Positions 9,701 through 18,506 of a stretch of 64,000 nt of DNA are shown piece by piece (position 1 is the first letter of the stretch; every line of letters starts with the position of its first letter). The position numbers and the translations under genes are program-made. Origin of the DNA: Rikenellaceae bacterium (GTDB lineage Bacteria > Bacteroidota > Bacteroidia > Bacteroidales > Rikenellaceae); the NCBI GenBank assembly GCA_015059715.1, contig SUZV01000003.1, forward strand, positions 33,544 to 97,543, read 5' to 3'. The notes beneath the pieces were generated by a model, which saw nothing but the letters and a program-made list of their open reading frames with translations, was not told the DNA's origin and made no database searches.

Positions 9701-9920
9701 CTATGCATTTAATAGCAAAAACTTAGCTACGGCAACTATACTCTCGACTACGCCTTGCGAGTTGGGATATAAGAGTGTCGGTGGAGGTATCTACGAGGAG
9801 AGAACATACTATGGACAGTTTGGCAACGCTATGATATACGTCCCCTCGGAGTCGCTCTACGACTACAAGAGTGCCAGTGGATGGTATACTATGGCCGATA
9901 GCATCTACCCAATAGAGTAG
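6714..9920 (+). CDS. Large surface lipoprotein (1068 aa): coiled coil, two collagen-like G-X-Y segments, and a BspA-type leucine-rich-repeat array
   Basis: Lipobox FVVSC at ATG 6714. Heptad segment ARIKRLEELCKQMNTNIGSLQVIVEAL. GTDGADGTDGGG (7008-7043) and GSDGMDGEDGADGEDGKDGVDGQSG (7149-7223). More than 25 copies of the ~23-aa unit IPxSVTxIGxxAFxxCxxLxxV. Confidence 0.8.
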   Translation: MKRLFSYLLLATICFVVSCDTAFDDSKIWDKLNDHEARIKRLEELCKQMNTNIGSLQVIVEALQSNDYITNVAPIIKDGETIGYTITFAKADPITIYNGTDGADGTDGGGATPVIGVRQDVDGIYYWTLNGEWLTDEQGSKVKAQGSDGMDGEDGADGEDGKDGVDGQSGITPRLKIVDEYWYVSYDEGQTWTQLDKATGDDGDTLFIEVREDDECVYFVLADGTELVLPKYNGAEMPELQNNKIYYTTTNGKKLFPTYQAGIDAIMLSNSYEDGVGVMTFDDDITLIGNAFHDCTTLESVTIPASVTEIGVQAFYNCTSLSSVYCKATTPPAAVYVENSIWKPFDGNALYRSIYVAKESVESYREDSYWSRYASSIKAEGDTTESTVTQIYYTTTNNKPLDLTYTLFDAVFAGNVYDADLDMCVLSFEGELTDFPQAFNYEDTLESIIIPEGVTTIAPLAFGGCSSLWRVELPQTIESIGSDAFFSCNALSEVHIPDLVTWCNIDFKSSIFKPLNETQTLYFDGVELTEVVIPSEVTTIRPYAFYGVAQLTDVTIHDSVTSIGDKAFMYCSNISNITIGSGVESIGTSAFAYCSSLTEVTLPEKLQHINSNLFERCDMLSSVTLGGNTVSIGDKALYNCASLTEITIPASVTTIGNSAFSGTSLKGVYISDLAAWCQIDFVADSNPLSISKLLYLDGELLIDAKIPDGVTEIKASALRDCASLTSVTLPDSVTAIGEDAFMSCGELTTLDLGNGVVSIGASAFSYCDSLTEITIPASVNSIGDSAFGYTNYTLERVNIVDLAAWCSIDFAYSTSNPVKFTNTLYLNGSEVTEVTIPSNVTEIKPYVFYNMYSLTKVDMHEGVTSIGASAFAQCLNITEITIPASIRAIGNSAFSGCSSLSRVNISDLSAWCRIDLDGAATPTQHTGGLYLNGVEITELTIPEDITEIKPYSFYCCTSLTSVKLHEGITRVGASAFDGCDGLTEITVPASVTFLDYYAFNSKNLATATILSTTPCELGYKSVGGGIYEERTYYGQFGNAMIYVPSESLYDYKSASGWYTMADSIYPIE

Positions 9921-10098
9921 CTATCGCCCCGACCATCTTCGTAAAACCAGCGCGCAAGCTCTACCCTGACCCTCTCGTAGGTCATATCGGGGTTAAGCTT
10001 GCGCGTTGGTTTCTTGAGTGTATCGCCACGCATAAGACAATTGCGCTCTCTTTCGGAGTAATTACCTCTCGGGGATTTCAAAAAATCGAAGAAATAGA

Positions 10099-10106
10099 GT
10101 ATCTTT
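10099..10106 (+). promoter_or_regulatory. Putative -7 box only 5 nt before the thiL ATG (possible leaderless mRNA)
   Basis: TATCTTTG at 10099-10106; ATG at 10112. Confidence 0.3.
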
Positions 10107-10111
10107 GTAGT

Positions 10112-11047
10112 ATGAAAAAATCAGAATTTACGTTTATCGGCGATATAGCAACAATGTTTGCCACGCTACCCCATCACGGCTTTGAGCCTATTGGCGACGA
10201 CTGCACCGTACTCGATATGGGCTCCGAGTCGCTGGTTATCACTACCGATATGGTTGTCGAGGATATCCACTTTCTGCGCAACATATCCTCACCCGAGGAG
10301 GTGGCACACAAGAGCCTTATGGTTAACCTCTCGGATGTCGCAGCTATGGGAGCAAGACCCATAGCTACGCTGCTCAGCCTCTCGCTCCCCGAGTCGGCCC
10401 AGGGCGAGTGGTCCGAAGCCTTTATGCGCAGATATCACGCCGAGAGTCTTAAGGTGGGCGTAGCCCTTGTGGGTGGCGACACCACAGCATCACGCGACAG
10501 AATAACGATAAACGTCGTGGCTATAGGACGTGCGCCCAAGGAGTGTATCAAGCGACGCTCAGCAGCCAAGCCAGGAGATGTAGTATGCGTAACAGGCAAG
10601 CTTGGAGCATCATCCAAGGGTCTTGTGGATAATATGTTCGGCGACCTCGGCACCGAGGCTGCAAGGATACACCGTCTTGCTCAGGCGCGTATAGCCGAGG
10701 GCGTGTGGCTTGGCTCGCGCAGCGAGGTGCGCGCCATGATGGACGTTTCGGATGGCATAGCCTCGGACATAAGGCATATAATGGAGCAGTCGGGCGTGGG
10801 TGCCGAGATAGAGCTTAGCTCGATACCTACGGACTACGACATACGCTTTGCCACGACAGGTGGCGAGGACTATGAGCTACTGCTTAGTGTCGAGGCAACA
10901 AGCTTTGAGCAGCTTGCAAACGAGTTTGAGGAGGCAACAGGGACAACACTTACGGCCATAGGCAAGATTATAGAGGGCAGTGAGCTACGTTGGCTCGAAA
11001 ATGGACTACCCGCAACACTCGACCTAAAGGGATTTACTCACTTTTAG
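10112..11047 (+). CDS. thiL: Thiamine-monophosphate kinase
   Basis: AIR-synthase-related fold motifs (IGDDCTVL, ITTDMVVEDIHF, NLSDVAAMGA, GGDTT, DVSDGI). Confidence 0.85.
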   Translation: MKKSEFTFIGDIATMFATLPHHGFEPIGDDCTVLDMGSESLVITTDMVVEDIHFLRNISSPEEVAHKSLMVNLSDVAAMGARPIATLLSLSLPESAQGEWSEAFMRRYHAESLKVGVALVGGDTTASRDRITINVVAIGRAPKECIKRRSAAKPGDVVCVTGKLGASSKGLVDNMFGDLGTEAARIHRLAQARIAEGVWLGSRSEVRAMMDVSDGIASDIRHIMEQSGVGAEIELSSIPTDYDIRFATTGGEDYELLLSVEATSFEQLANEFEEATGTTLTAIGKIIEGSELRWLENGLPATLDLKGFTHF

Positions 11048-12497
11048 GCGACCGACATAGACCCTTGAGGATATCGACACCCTCGCGTAGGGCGCGAAGG
11101 CGAAAGAGGGCCGCAAGACCTATATATATTACTATAGCGACAACTATTGCGACTATAAGACGCAAGAGTAAGCCCATACCGACAAGATATGGACTAAGGA
11201 GATAGAGCGCACCAAACATCACAGCGGCCAACAGCAACGAGGGCAGCAACGCACCAGATATGCTACGCCATGTGATGCCCACATAGCGCATTGCCGTACC
11301 CGTATTTAGCAAAAACTCTACAGCAGCCATCGCCGTCATACCCCACGCTACGGACTCGACACCTCGCGGAATAGTGTATGCCAAGAGAGCTGTCATCACC
11401 ACGCGCTTAACAACCTCCAGCCATACAATAACACGTCCATCGCTCTTGGTCTTGAGGATGTTATACGACACCGCAGCGATAGGATAGATAAGGCCCGAGA
11501 GCGACAATATCTCAAAATAGGGGACCGTAGGCATCCACTTTGGACCAAGCAGAAGCATAAACATATCATCGGCTATAGCCACAAGGCCCAACATCGCAGG
11601 GAAGAGCACAAATGCCAACATACGCACTATGCGCAAATACCCCTCTCGAAGCTTAACCGAATCATCGGCCATGGCGGATAGTGCTGGATATGTAACACCC
11701 TGTATCGCCTGCACCGACGAGGTTACAGGCAGGTCCTTGAGCTTCTGTGCCTGAGAGAAGTAACCCAAGGCCGATGTTGAGTACATCTTACCGATGAAGA
11801 GCTGTGCTACGTTGTTATATATCGAGGCTATAAGGTCTGTGCATAGCAACCGCAGGCTAAAGGGTGCCATAGCACGTAGCGAGGCGAGCGTAGCGCGCTC
11901 TGAAGCTCGCCAACGACGCAGATACCAGAAGGCTACAGCCTTAAATCCCATAAGTAAGAGTCGCTGGGCAACAAGACTCCATATACCACACCCCATCAAC
12001 GCCATAACAACAGCTACAACGCCACTTAGGAGCGAGGCAAAGAATACAATCTTCGAGAGCAGCGCGAAGCGGAACTCGCGTGTATACATCACTGTCTGCA
12101 CCACACATAGCGAGTTGATGGGTAGCACCAAAAAGAGCACTGGAGCGACATCAGCTATCGCCTCAACGCCATAGAGCGAGGCTATAGGTCGCGCCAAAGC
12201 AGTAAGCAGAATATATAGTAGCAGAGAGGTGATGACATTAAAGCGCAGCACCGCGCTATACTCGCCATCCGTCACCTCGCGCTTACGTATCAGCGTCTGC
12301 GAGAAGCCGCTGTCTACGATGGTAAGGGCTACGGAGCTAAAGAACGTGAGTATAGCCATAACGCCGAAGTCGGCAGGCATAAGGGCACGGGCAACAATGA
12401 TGCTGACGGCCATCTGTATGACCATCGACAGAAGCTTCTCGGTAAAGCTCCAAGCTACTCCCGTAGCCACCTTTTGTTCCAACTTTTGCTCCGACAT
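11034..12497 (-). CDS. Oligosaccharide/polysaccharide flippase, MOP superfamily (Wzx-like)
   Basis: 487 aa and polytopic (about 12-14 TM). The N-terminus GVAWSFTEKLLSMVIQMAVSIIVARALMPADFGVMAI is typical of Wzx/RfbX. 14-bp tail overlap with thiL. Confidence 0.7.
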   Translation of the reverse strand: MSEQKLEQKVATGVAWSFTEKLLSMVIQMAVSIIVARALMPADFGVMAILTFFSSVALTIVDSGFSQTLIRKREVTDGEYSAVLRFNVITSLLLYILLTALARPIASLYGVEAIADVAPVLFLVLPINSLCVVQTVMYTREFRFALLSKIVFFASLLSGVVAVVMALMGCGIWSLVAQRLLLMGFKAVAFWYLRRWRASERATLASLRAMAPFSLRLLCTDLIASIYNNVAQLFIGKMYSTSALGYFSQAQKLKDLPVTSSVQAIQGVTYPALSAMADDSVKLREGYLRIVRMLAFVLFPAMLGLVAIADDMFMLLLGPKWMPTVPYFEILSLSGLIYPIAAVSYNILKTKSDGRVIVWLEVVKRVVMTALLAYTIPRGVESVAWGMTAMAAVEFLLNTGTAMRYVGITWRSISGALLPSLLLAAVMFGALYLLSPYLVGMGLLLRLIVAIVVAIVIYIGLAALFRLRALREGVDILKGLCRSPKSE

Positions 12498-12551
12498 ATA
12501 GGCCAGTTGTCGCCTGCACCGAAAGGCTTAACGCAGCGAAACGATTGTTAA

Positions 12552-12971
12552 TTACTGATTAGTAAAGTACTCAACCGCTAAGCGGTATGACTCTAAGCCG
12601 AAACCCATAATGGTACCTCGCGCCACCGGGGCAATCATCGAGGTATGACGAAACTCCTCACGCGAGAGTATCGACGAGATATGCACCTCAACAACAGGCA
12701 CAGATACGGCCGCTATGGCATCGCGCAACACCACAGATGTGTGGGTATAGCCACCAGCGTTTAGCACAACACCATCGTAGTGACCCTCGGCACGTTGCAC
12801 AGCATCGACAAGCTCGCCCTCGATATTGGAGTGGTAGAAATCTATTATATGGTCCGAATAACGTGCGCGAAGAGCCCCGAGGTAATCCTCGAAGCTCTCA
12901 CGTCCGTATATCTCGGGTTGGCGATGCCCCAAAAGGTTGAGGTTCGCCCCGTTGATTATCAAAATTTTCAT
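12552..12971 (-). CDS. aroQ: Type II 3-dehydroquinate dehydratase
   Basis: MKILIINGANLNLLGHRQPEIYG ... HSNIEGELVD ... NAGGYTHTSV ... VEVHISS. Confidence 0.9.
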   Translation of the reverse strand: MKILIINGANLNLLGHRQPEIYGRESFEDYLGALRARYSDHIIDFYHSNIEGELVDAVQRAEGHYDGVVLNAGGYTHTSVVLRDAIAAVSVPVVEVHISSILSREEFRHTSMIAPVARGTIMGFGLESYRLAVEYFTNQ

Positions 12972-13014
12972 TGCATAAAAGCAGATGCCACAGATGATGC
13001 TTTATCACAATAAA

Positions 13015-14082
13015 TTAATACTCCTTGGCTACCGTCTCGCCCTTCAACACACGCAAAGCGTTCTCGGCCAATGACTCGAGCTCGTTCTCGCCAGGGTATA
13101 TCTTGATAGGAGCCAAGAACTTACAGTAGTCAACGATAACATCGTTAACACAGTCGTTCCAAGCAATACCACCAGTGAGAAGGATAGCATCTACCTTACC
13201 CTTGAGAACTACAGCCATCTCGCCAATCCACTTAGCTACAGAGTAGGCCATAGTATCGAGCATAAAGCGTGCCTCCTGGTCGCCCGAAGCAGCACGTACC
13301 TCGTTGAGCTCCTGCACATTGTTGCAGTTAACGTGGTCTACAAGACCACCCTTACCAGCCAAAAGCTTCTTAATCTCGGCCTTGTCATACTTGCCCGAGA
13401 AGCAGAGGTCTACAAGATCACCTGCAGGTAGTGTACCTGCGCGCTCTGGAGCTATAGGACCATCACCATCGAGGGCATTGTTGGTATCTACAACGCGACC
13501 CTGCAAGTGTGCCGATACTGAGATACCACCACCCATATGTACTACAACAAGGTTTAGCTCCTCGTATGGACGGCCCACCTCCTTAGCATAGCGACGTGCT
13601 ATGGCCTTCTGGTTTAGTGCGTGGAAGATAGAGCGACGTGGGAGCTCCTTAAGGCCACTCACACGAGCCATATCCTGAAGCTCGTCAACAACTACGGGGT
13701 CTGCGATATATGCCTCAACACCTGCCTCGTCAGCGATACGACGTGCGATGAGCGCACCGAGGTTGCTGGCGTGCTGACGCTTAGGAGCCTTAAGGTCGGC
13801 AATCATAGCCTCGCCTACGCGGTATACACCACCCTCGATAGGGCGCATAAGACCACCACGACCAATCACCGCATCCAACGACTTAAGCTCTACGCCATCG
13901 GCCTTGAGTGCATCGAGGATAATCTCCAAACGCCAGTCGAGCTGATCAGCTACCGATGCAAAGCGAGCAATCTCCTCTGCCGAGTGGCTGAGCTTAAGGG
14001 TCTTGACCTGCTCCATATCCTGGAAGAGGGCAACCTTCGTGCTGGTAGAGCCTGGGTTAATAGTAAGAATATTATATGCCAT
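13015..14082 (-). CDS. buk: Butyrate kinase
   Basis: ILTINPGSTSTKVALF N-terminus; ASKHA-fold kinase of 355 aa; HASNLGA and HMGGGISV motifs. Confidence 0.9.
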   Translation of the reverse strand: MAYNILTINPGSTSTKVALFQDMEQVKTLKLSHSAEEIARFASVADQLDWRLEIILDALKADGVELKSLDAVIGRGGLMRPIEGGVYRVGEAMIADLKAPKRQHASNLGALIARRIADEAGVEAYIADPVVVDELQDMARVSGLKELPRRSIFHALNQKAIARRYAKEVGRPYEELNLVVVHMGGGISVSAHLQGRVVDTNNALDGDGPIAPERAGTLPAGDLVDLCFSGKYDKAEIKKLLAGKGGLVDHVNCNNVQELNEVRAASGDQEARFMLDTMAYSVAKWIGEMAVVLKGKVDAILLTGGIAWNDCVNDVIVDYCKFLAPIKIYPGENELESLAENALRVLKGETVAKEY

Positions 14083-14108
14083 TGTCGGTTATTCTAATAG
14101 GTTAATAA

Positions 14109-15011
14109 CTATTTAGCTGCCAAGCAAGCCAATGCTATAGAGTAGAGCTTAGTCTTCGTAGTATCGCCACGTGAGGTCAATACACAAGGAGCTGTAGGAC
14201 CAGCAACCATAGCTGCAAGCTCAGCACCACCGAACTTAGAGCAAGCCTTGAAGAATACATTACCCGACTCAAGGTTAGGGAACAACAAGCAGTCTGCATC
14301 GCCAGCTACAGGACCTGTAAGCTTCTTAATCTTTACAGACTCCTCGTCGATAGCTACATCCAATGCCAAAGGACCCTGGAATAGTGCATTGCCAAGCTCG
14401 CCTGCCTGACCGAGGTCCGAGAGCTCCTTAGCCTCTACCGAGCTAACCACCTTAGGTAGAAGCTGCTCACTTGGTGCCAAGAGGGCAATCTTTGGCTGCT
14501 CGATACCGAGGTTATTAGCTGTCTGGATGAGATACTTAGCAATCTGCTTCTTCTGCTCAAGGCTTGGGCATGGAAGAACAGCTACATCGCTGACTACCAA
14601 TAGCTTGTGGTAAGCAGGAACCTCCAATACAGTAACGTGGCTAAGAGTAGTACCTGCGGGCAACAAACCCCACTCCTTGTTTAGGATACCGCGCATATAC
14701 TTATCTGTAGGCACTACACCCTTCATCAATACATCATACTCGCCATTGTGAACAGCCTTAACAGCTATCTCTACAGCCTTAACATCCTCCGACTCGGGGA
14801 TGATAGTGTACTGGCTCATATCAACGCCCTCAGCCTCGCACGACTTCTTAATCTCCTCAGGGTCACCAACCAAAGTAACCTCAGCAAGACCTGCTTTGAT
14901 AGCCATATCGGTTGCGCCGATAGAGTGTGTATCCTGACCATAAGCCACAATCATCTTCTTCTTGCCACGAGCAACAGCTGCCGTAACAATCTCTTCCAAA
15001 TGCTTAATCAT
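14109..15011 (-). CDS. ptb: Phosphate butyryltransferase (phosphate acyltransferase family)
   Basis: 300-aa PTA_PTB-type protein directly upstream of buk. Confidence 0.8.
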   Translation of the reverse strand: MIKHLEEIVTAAVARGKKKMIVAYGQDTHSIGATDMAIKAGLAEVTLVGDPEEIKKSCEAEGVDMSQYTIIPESEDVKAVEIAVKAVHNGEYDVLMKGVVPTDKYMRGILNKEWGLLPAGTTLSHVTVLEVPAYHKLLVVSDVAVLPCPSLEQKKQIAKYLIQTANNLGIEQPKIALLAPSEQLLPKVVSSVEAKELSDLGQAGELGNALFQGPLALDVAIDEESVKIKKLTGPVAGDADCLLFPNLESGNVFFKACSKFGGAELAAMVAGPTAPCVLTSRGDTTKTKLYSIALACLAAK

Positions 15012-15048
15012 AATAGTTTTAGGTTTTATATTATTAGTTTAAGATTCA

Positions 15049-16251
15049 TTACTTCGTAAGTCTATATGTATCCTTGGCGATTACAAGCTCCTCGTCGGTG
15101 CAGATAACGGCAGCCTTGACACGCGAGCCCTCCTTGGTAATCTCGTAGTCCGTACCGCGCTTGCCACGATTGCGCTCTGCGTCAAACTCGATGCCCATAA
15201 ACTCCATATTGCTGAGGACATACTCTCGAAGCTCTGGAGAGTTCTCGCCCACACCGCCAGTGAATACTACGATGTCGACACCACCCATCTCGGCAGCATA
15301 CTCGCCCACGAACTTCTTCACGCGGTTAAAGTACATATCACGAGCTACGATAGCACGCTCGTTACCCTCATCGTAGGCTGCGTCGATATCGCGCATATCG
15401 CTTGAGATGCCTGTAAGACCCAGAACACCAGACTTCTTGTTAAGCATAGAATCAAGCTCCTTGTACGACATACCCTCCTTCTCGGCGATGTAGGTAGCTG
15501 CGCTAACATCCATAGAGCCTGCGCGAGTACCCATCACAAGACCATCGAGTGGAGTAAAGCCCATAGAGGTATCGAAAGACTTACCACCCTTTACGGCAGT
15601 CACCGATGCACCATTACCGATATGGCACGTTACGATATTTGCCTTCTCGAAGTCAAGACCAAACATCTCGGCCGCTACGCGAGCAACAAACTTATGACTT
15701 GTGCCGTGGAAACCATACTTTCTTACGCGATACTTGTCGTAGTACTCGTAAGGGATAGCATACATGTAGTTGATAGCTGGGATGGTGTGGTGGAACGAGG
15801 TATCGAATACGGCCACCTGCTTGATACCTGGCAACACCTTCTCCATAGAGAGTATACCCTCGAGGTTTGCAGGGTTGTGCAGAGGTGCGATAGAGTATAG
15901 CGACTCAATCTTAGCCTTCACCTCATCGTCTACAAGGCAGCTATCGTGGAAGAACTCACCACCATGAGCCACACGATGACCAGCAGCCTTAAGCTCGTCG
16001 AGTGACGAGATAACGCCGTGCTCGGGGTGTGTAAGAGCATCAAGAACAAGGCGGATACCTGTTGTATGGTCTGGAATTGGGCACTGAAGCTCAAACTTAT
16101 CCTTACCCTGAGGCTTATGAATCAAATCACCCTCAGCAAGACCGATACGCTCTACAAGACCCTTGGCCAGGAGCGTGTGCGATGACTCCATAACATCAAG
16201 TACCTGATACTTGATAGACGAGCTACCGCAGTTAAGAACTAAAATTACCAT
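15049..16251 (-). CDS. ackA: Acetate kinase
   Basis: VLVLNCGSSSIKYQV, AGHRVAHGG, FDTSFHHT, GFHGTSH, CHIGNGASV. Confidence 0.95.
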   Translation of the reverse strand: MVILVLNCGSSSIKYQVLDVMESSHTLLAKGLVERIGLAEGDLIHKPQGKDKFELQCPIPDHTTGIRLVLDALTHPEHGVISSLDELKAAGHRVAHGGEFFHDSCLVDDEVKAKIESLYSIAPLHNPANLEGILSMEKVLPGIKQVAVFDTSFHHTIPAINYMYAIPYEYYDKYRVRKYGFHGTSHKFVARVAAEMFGLDFEKANIVTCHIGNGASVTAVKGGKSFDTSMGFTPLDGLVMGTRAGSMDVSAATYIAEKEGMSYKELDSMLNKKSGVLGLTGISSDMRDIDAAYDEGNERAIVARDMYFNRVKKFVGEYAAEMGGVDIVVFTGGVGENSPELREYVLSNMEFMGIEFDAERNRGKRGTDYEITKEGSRVKAAVICTDEELVIAKDTYRLTK

Positions 16252-16307
16252 TGAGAATATTATTAAGTTAATGTTACGTCAAAGTTAAGACCAACGCAAA
16301 CGCACAA

Positions 16308-16315
16308 CAAAGATA
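16308..16315 (-). promoter_or_regulatory. Putative -7 promoter box for ackA-ptb-buk
   Basis: Minus-strand TATCTTTG about 56 nt upstream of ATG 16251. The 17-mer AAAAATTACTATCTTTG recurs upstream of glyQS (46894 region). Confidence 0.4.
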
Positions 16316-16542
16316 GTAATTTTTAGGTGACTTTCCAACCAAAACCCCACTTTTTTTTACAAACTACTCGAAAGGCGTAAAAATAGCGACATTTTTATCT
16401 TCACACCCCACCCTTTATTATTCTTATCGACATTAGCCTTTTTATCCAAAAATAGACTATATTGCCACAATATGTTTACACTTCGCGCTGCACATATATG
16501 ACGAAAGCGGAGGGAAGGCTTGCTTTTTAGTAAAAAAAATTG

Positions 16543-16550
16543 TATATTTG
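16543..16550 (+). promoter_or_regulatory. Putative -7 promoter box for the DUF349 gene
   Basis: TATATTTG about 72 nt upstream of ATG 16623. Confidence 0.35.
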
Positions 16551-16622
16551 CGCGAATAATGGCGAAACCCATACTTTGTATGGCCTGTTTCACATTCGAT
16601 AATACTCTAAAACTATTTAACG

Positions 16623-18497
16623 ATGGCTACTGAAAAGATTAATCTTACGGCTCCCGAAGAGCCTGTCGGCATCAATACCGCTGCCGAAGATACCGAGACG
16701 ACTACCCAGGAGATACTCTCTGTGACAGACAACACCGAGGTCGATGCCGACCTTGAGGAGAATGCCGAAGACCAGATTGAGTCTATAAGCGACAATATCG
16801 CCACACTTGGCCAGGAGGAGCTTATAGCACTCTTTGCAGAGGAGCTGGCGACAAAACCAATACAGAGATTACGTCCCGTAGTCGAGGCCATCAAGATAGC
16901 CTTCTACAAACGTCACCGCGCAACCATCGAGGCCGAGCGCAAGGCCTTCGTCGAGGCAGGTGGCCAGGAGAGCGAGTTTACACCCTCGGAGAACGACTAC
17001 GAAGAGCGTTTCAAGCAGCTACTGAGCGACTACCGCACAGCACGCGACAAGTATATCGCCGAGCAGGAGGCCAACAAGGAGGCCAACCTTCGCACCAAGC
17101 TACAGATTATCGAGGAGCTTAAGGAGCTTATCGGCTCGGACGAAACCCTCAACACCACATTCCAGCGTTTCCGCGAGCTACAGCAGCGTTGGAAGGATAC
17201 AGGCCTTGTACCTCAGCAGAATGTCAAGGACCTCTGGGAGACATACAACCTCTATGTCGAGAATTTCTACAACTTTATCAAGATAAACAAAGAGCTTCGT
17301 GACCTCGACCTTAAGAAGAACTACGAGGCCAAACTCAGCCTCTGCGAGCAGGCCGAAGAGCTCACCCTCGACAGCCAGATTGTCGAGACCTTCCGCAAGC
17401 TACAGAAACTCCACGACGAGTGGCGCGAGATAGGCCCCGTAGCTACGGAGTATAAGGAGAGCCTGTGGGAGCGTTTCAAGGAGGCTTCGAGCCGCATCAA
17501 CAAACGCCATCAGGAGCACTTCGAGAACCTTAAGGCCGAGCAGATGAAGAACTTGGCCCTCAAGGAGGAGCTATGCCAGAAGGCCGAAGCCCTCGCAACA
17601 CGCCCTATGGTAGCTCGCAAGGAGTGGGATAGCGCAAGCGAAGAGCTCCTTGAGATACAGAAGGTATGGAAGACGATAGGCTTTGCACCTAAGCGCGACA
17701 ACAACCGCATATATGAGCGTTTCCGCGCCGCCTGCGATAAGTTCTTCGAGCTTAAGCGCGAGTTCTACGCTGGCCAGAAGAGCGAGATGGAGCATAACCT
17801 TGCCGTCAAGCAGGAGCTATGTGCTGCTGCCGAGGCGTTATCGCTCTCGGAGGAGTGGAAGGAGGCCACAGACGAGCTTATAGCCCTCCAAGCGCGATGG
17901 AAGCAGGCAGGTCCTGTAGCACGTCGCCACTCGGATGCTATATGGAAGCGTTTCCGCGCCGCCTGCGACAAGTTCTTCGAGCGCAAGGCCGCACACTTCG
18001 CATCGCAGGATAGCCAGCACGAGGATAACCTCAAACTTAAGCAGGCACTGCTTGCCGAGATGAAGGAGGCGGATATCAAGGCTGGAGGCTTCGAGGCTAT
18101 CAAGGAGTTCCAGCGTCGTTGGAGCCAGATTGGTTTCGTGCCTATCAAGCATAAGGATGCATTGCAGAAGGAGTATAAGAGCATCGTCGATGCTATGTTT
18201 GCCACGCTACGCTCATCGGAGCGCGACCGCTCGATGAGCCGCTTCCGCGAGCGCGTGTCGAGCATGAAGGGCGGTGCGCAGCTACGCTCCGAGCGCGAGC
18301 GTCTATTCAACAAGGTGCGTCAGCTTGAGCAGGATATAGCACTTCTTGAGAACAACATTGGATTCTTCTCTAAGTCGAAGAATGCCGAGGTCCTAATCGC
18401 AGATGTACGCGAGAAGATTGAGCGCACGAAGCGCGATATGGCCGAGCTTATCGAGAAGATTAACCTCATTGATGAGGAGGAGGCTCGCAACAACTAA
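16623..18497 (+). CDS. DUF349 repeat protein
   Basis: Five or more copies of the helical repeat carrying W+xxG (LQQRWKDTGLVP, LHDEWREIGPVA, IQKVWKTIGFAP, LQARWKQAGPVA, FQRRWSQIGFVP), each followed by RF+xACDKFF. Confidence 0.8.
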   Translation: MATEKINLTAPEEPVGINTAAEDTETTTQEILSVTDNTEVDADLEENAEDQIESISDNIATLGQEELIALFAEELATKPIQRLRPVVEAIKIAFYKRHRATIEAERKAFVEAGGQESEFTPSENDYEERFKQLLSDYRTARDKYIAEQEANKEANLRTKLQIIEELKELIGSDETLNTTFQRFRELQQRWKDTGLVPQQNVKDLWETYNLYVENFYNFIKINKELRDLDLKKNYEAKLSLCEQAEELTLDSQIVETFRKLQKLHDEWREIGPVATEYKESLWERFKEASSRINKRHQEHFENLKAEQMKNLALKEELCQKAEALATRPMVARKEWDSASEELLEIQKVWKTIGFAPKRDNNRIYERFRAACDKFFELKREFYAGQKSEMEHNLAVKQELCAAAEALSLSEEWKEATDELIALQARWKQAGPVARRHSDAIWKRFRAACDKFFERKAAHFASQDSQHEDNLKLKQALLAEMKEADIKAGGFEAIKEFQRRWSQIGFVPIKHKDALQKEYKSIVDAMFATLRSSERDRSMSRFRERVSSMKGGAQLRSERERLFNKVRQLEQDIALLENNIGFFSKSKNAEVLIADVREKIERTKRDMAELIEKINLIDEEEARNN

Positions 18498-18506
18498 CAC
18501 CCACTA

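Noticed and set aside
9921-10111. TPP riboswitch upstream of thiL
   Set aside because: No CUGAGA / ACCUGAUCUGGAUAAUGCCAGCG-type conserved TPP-aptamer elements are present. The structure is better explained as a terminator or structured element after the upstream gene.
16357-16593. 78-aa minus-strand ORF in the ackA/DUF349 divergent spacer
   Set aside because: AT-rich promoter region with a low-complexity translation. It overlaps the predicted -7 box of the DUF349 gene and has no signal or domain features.
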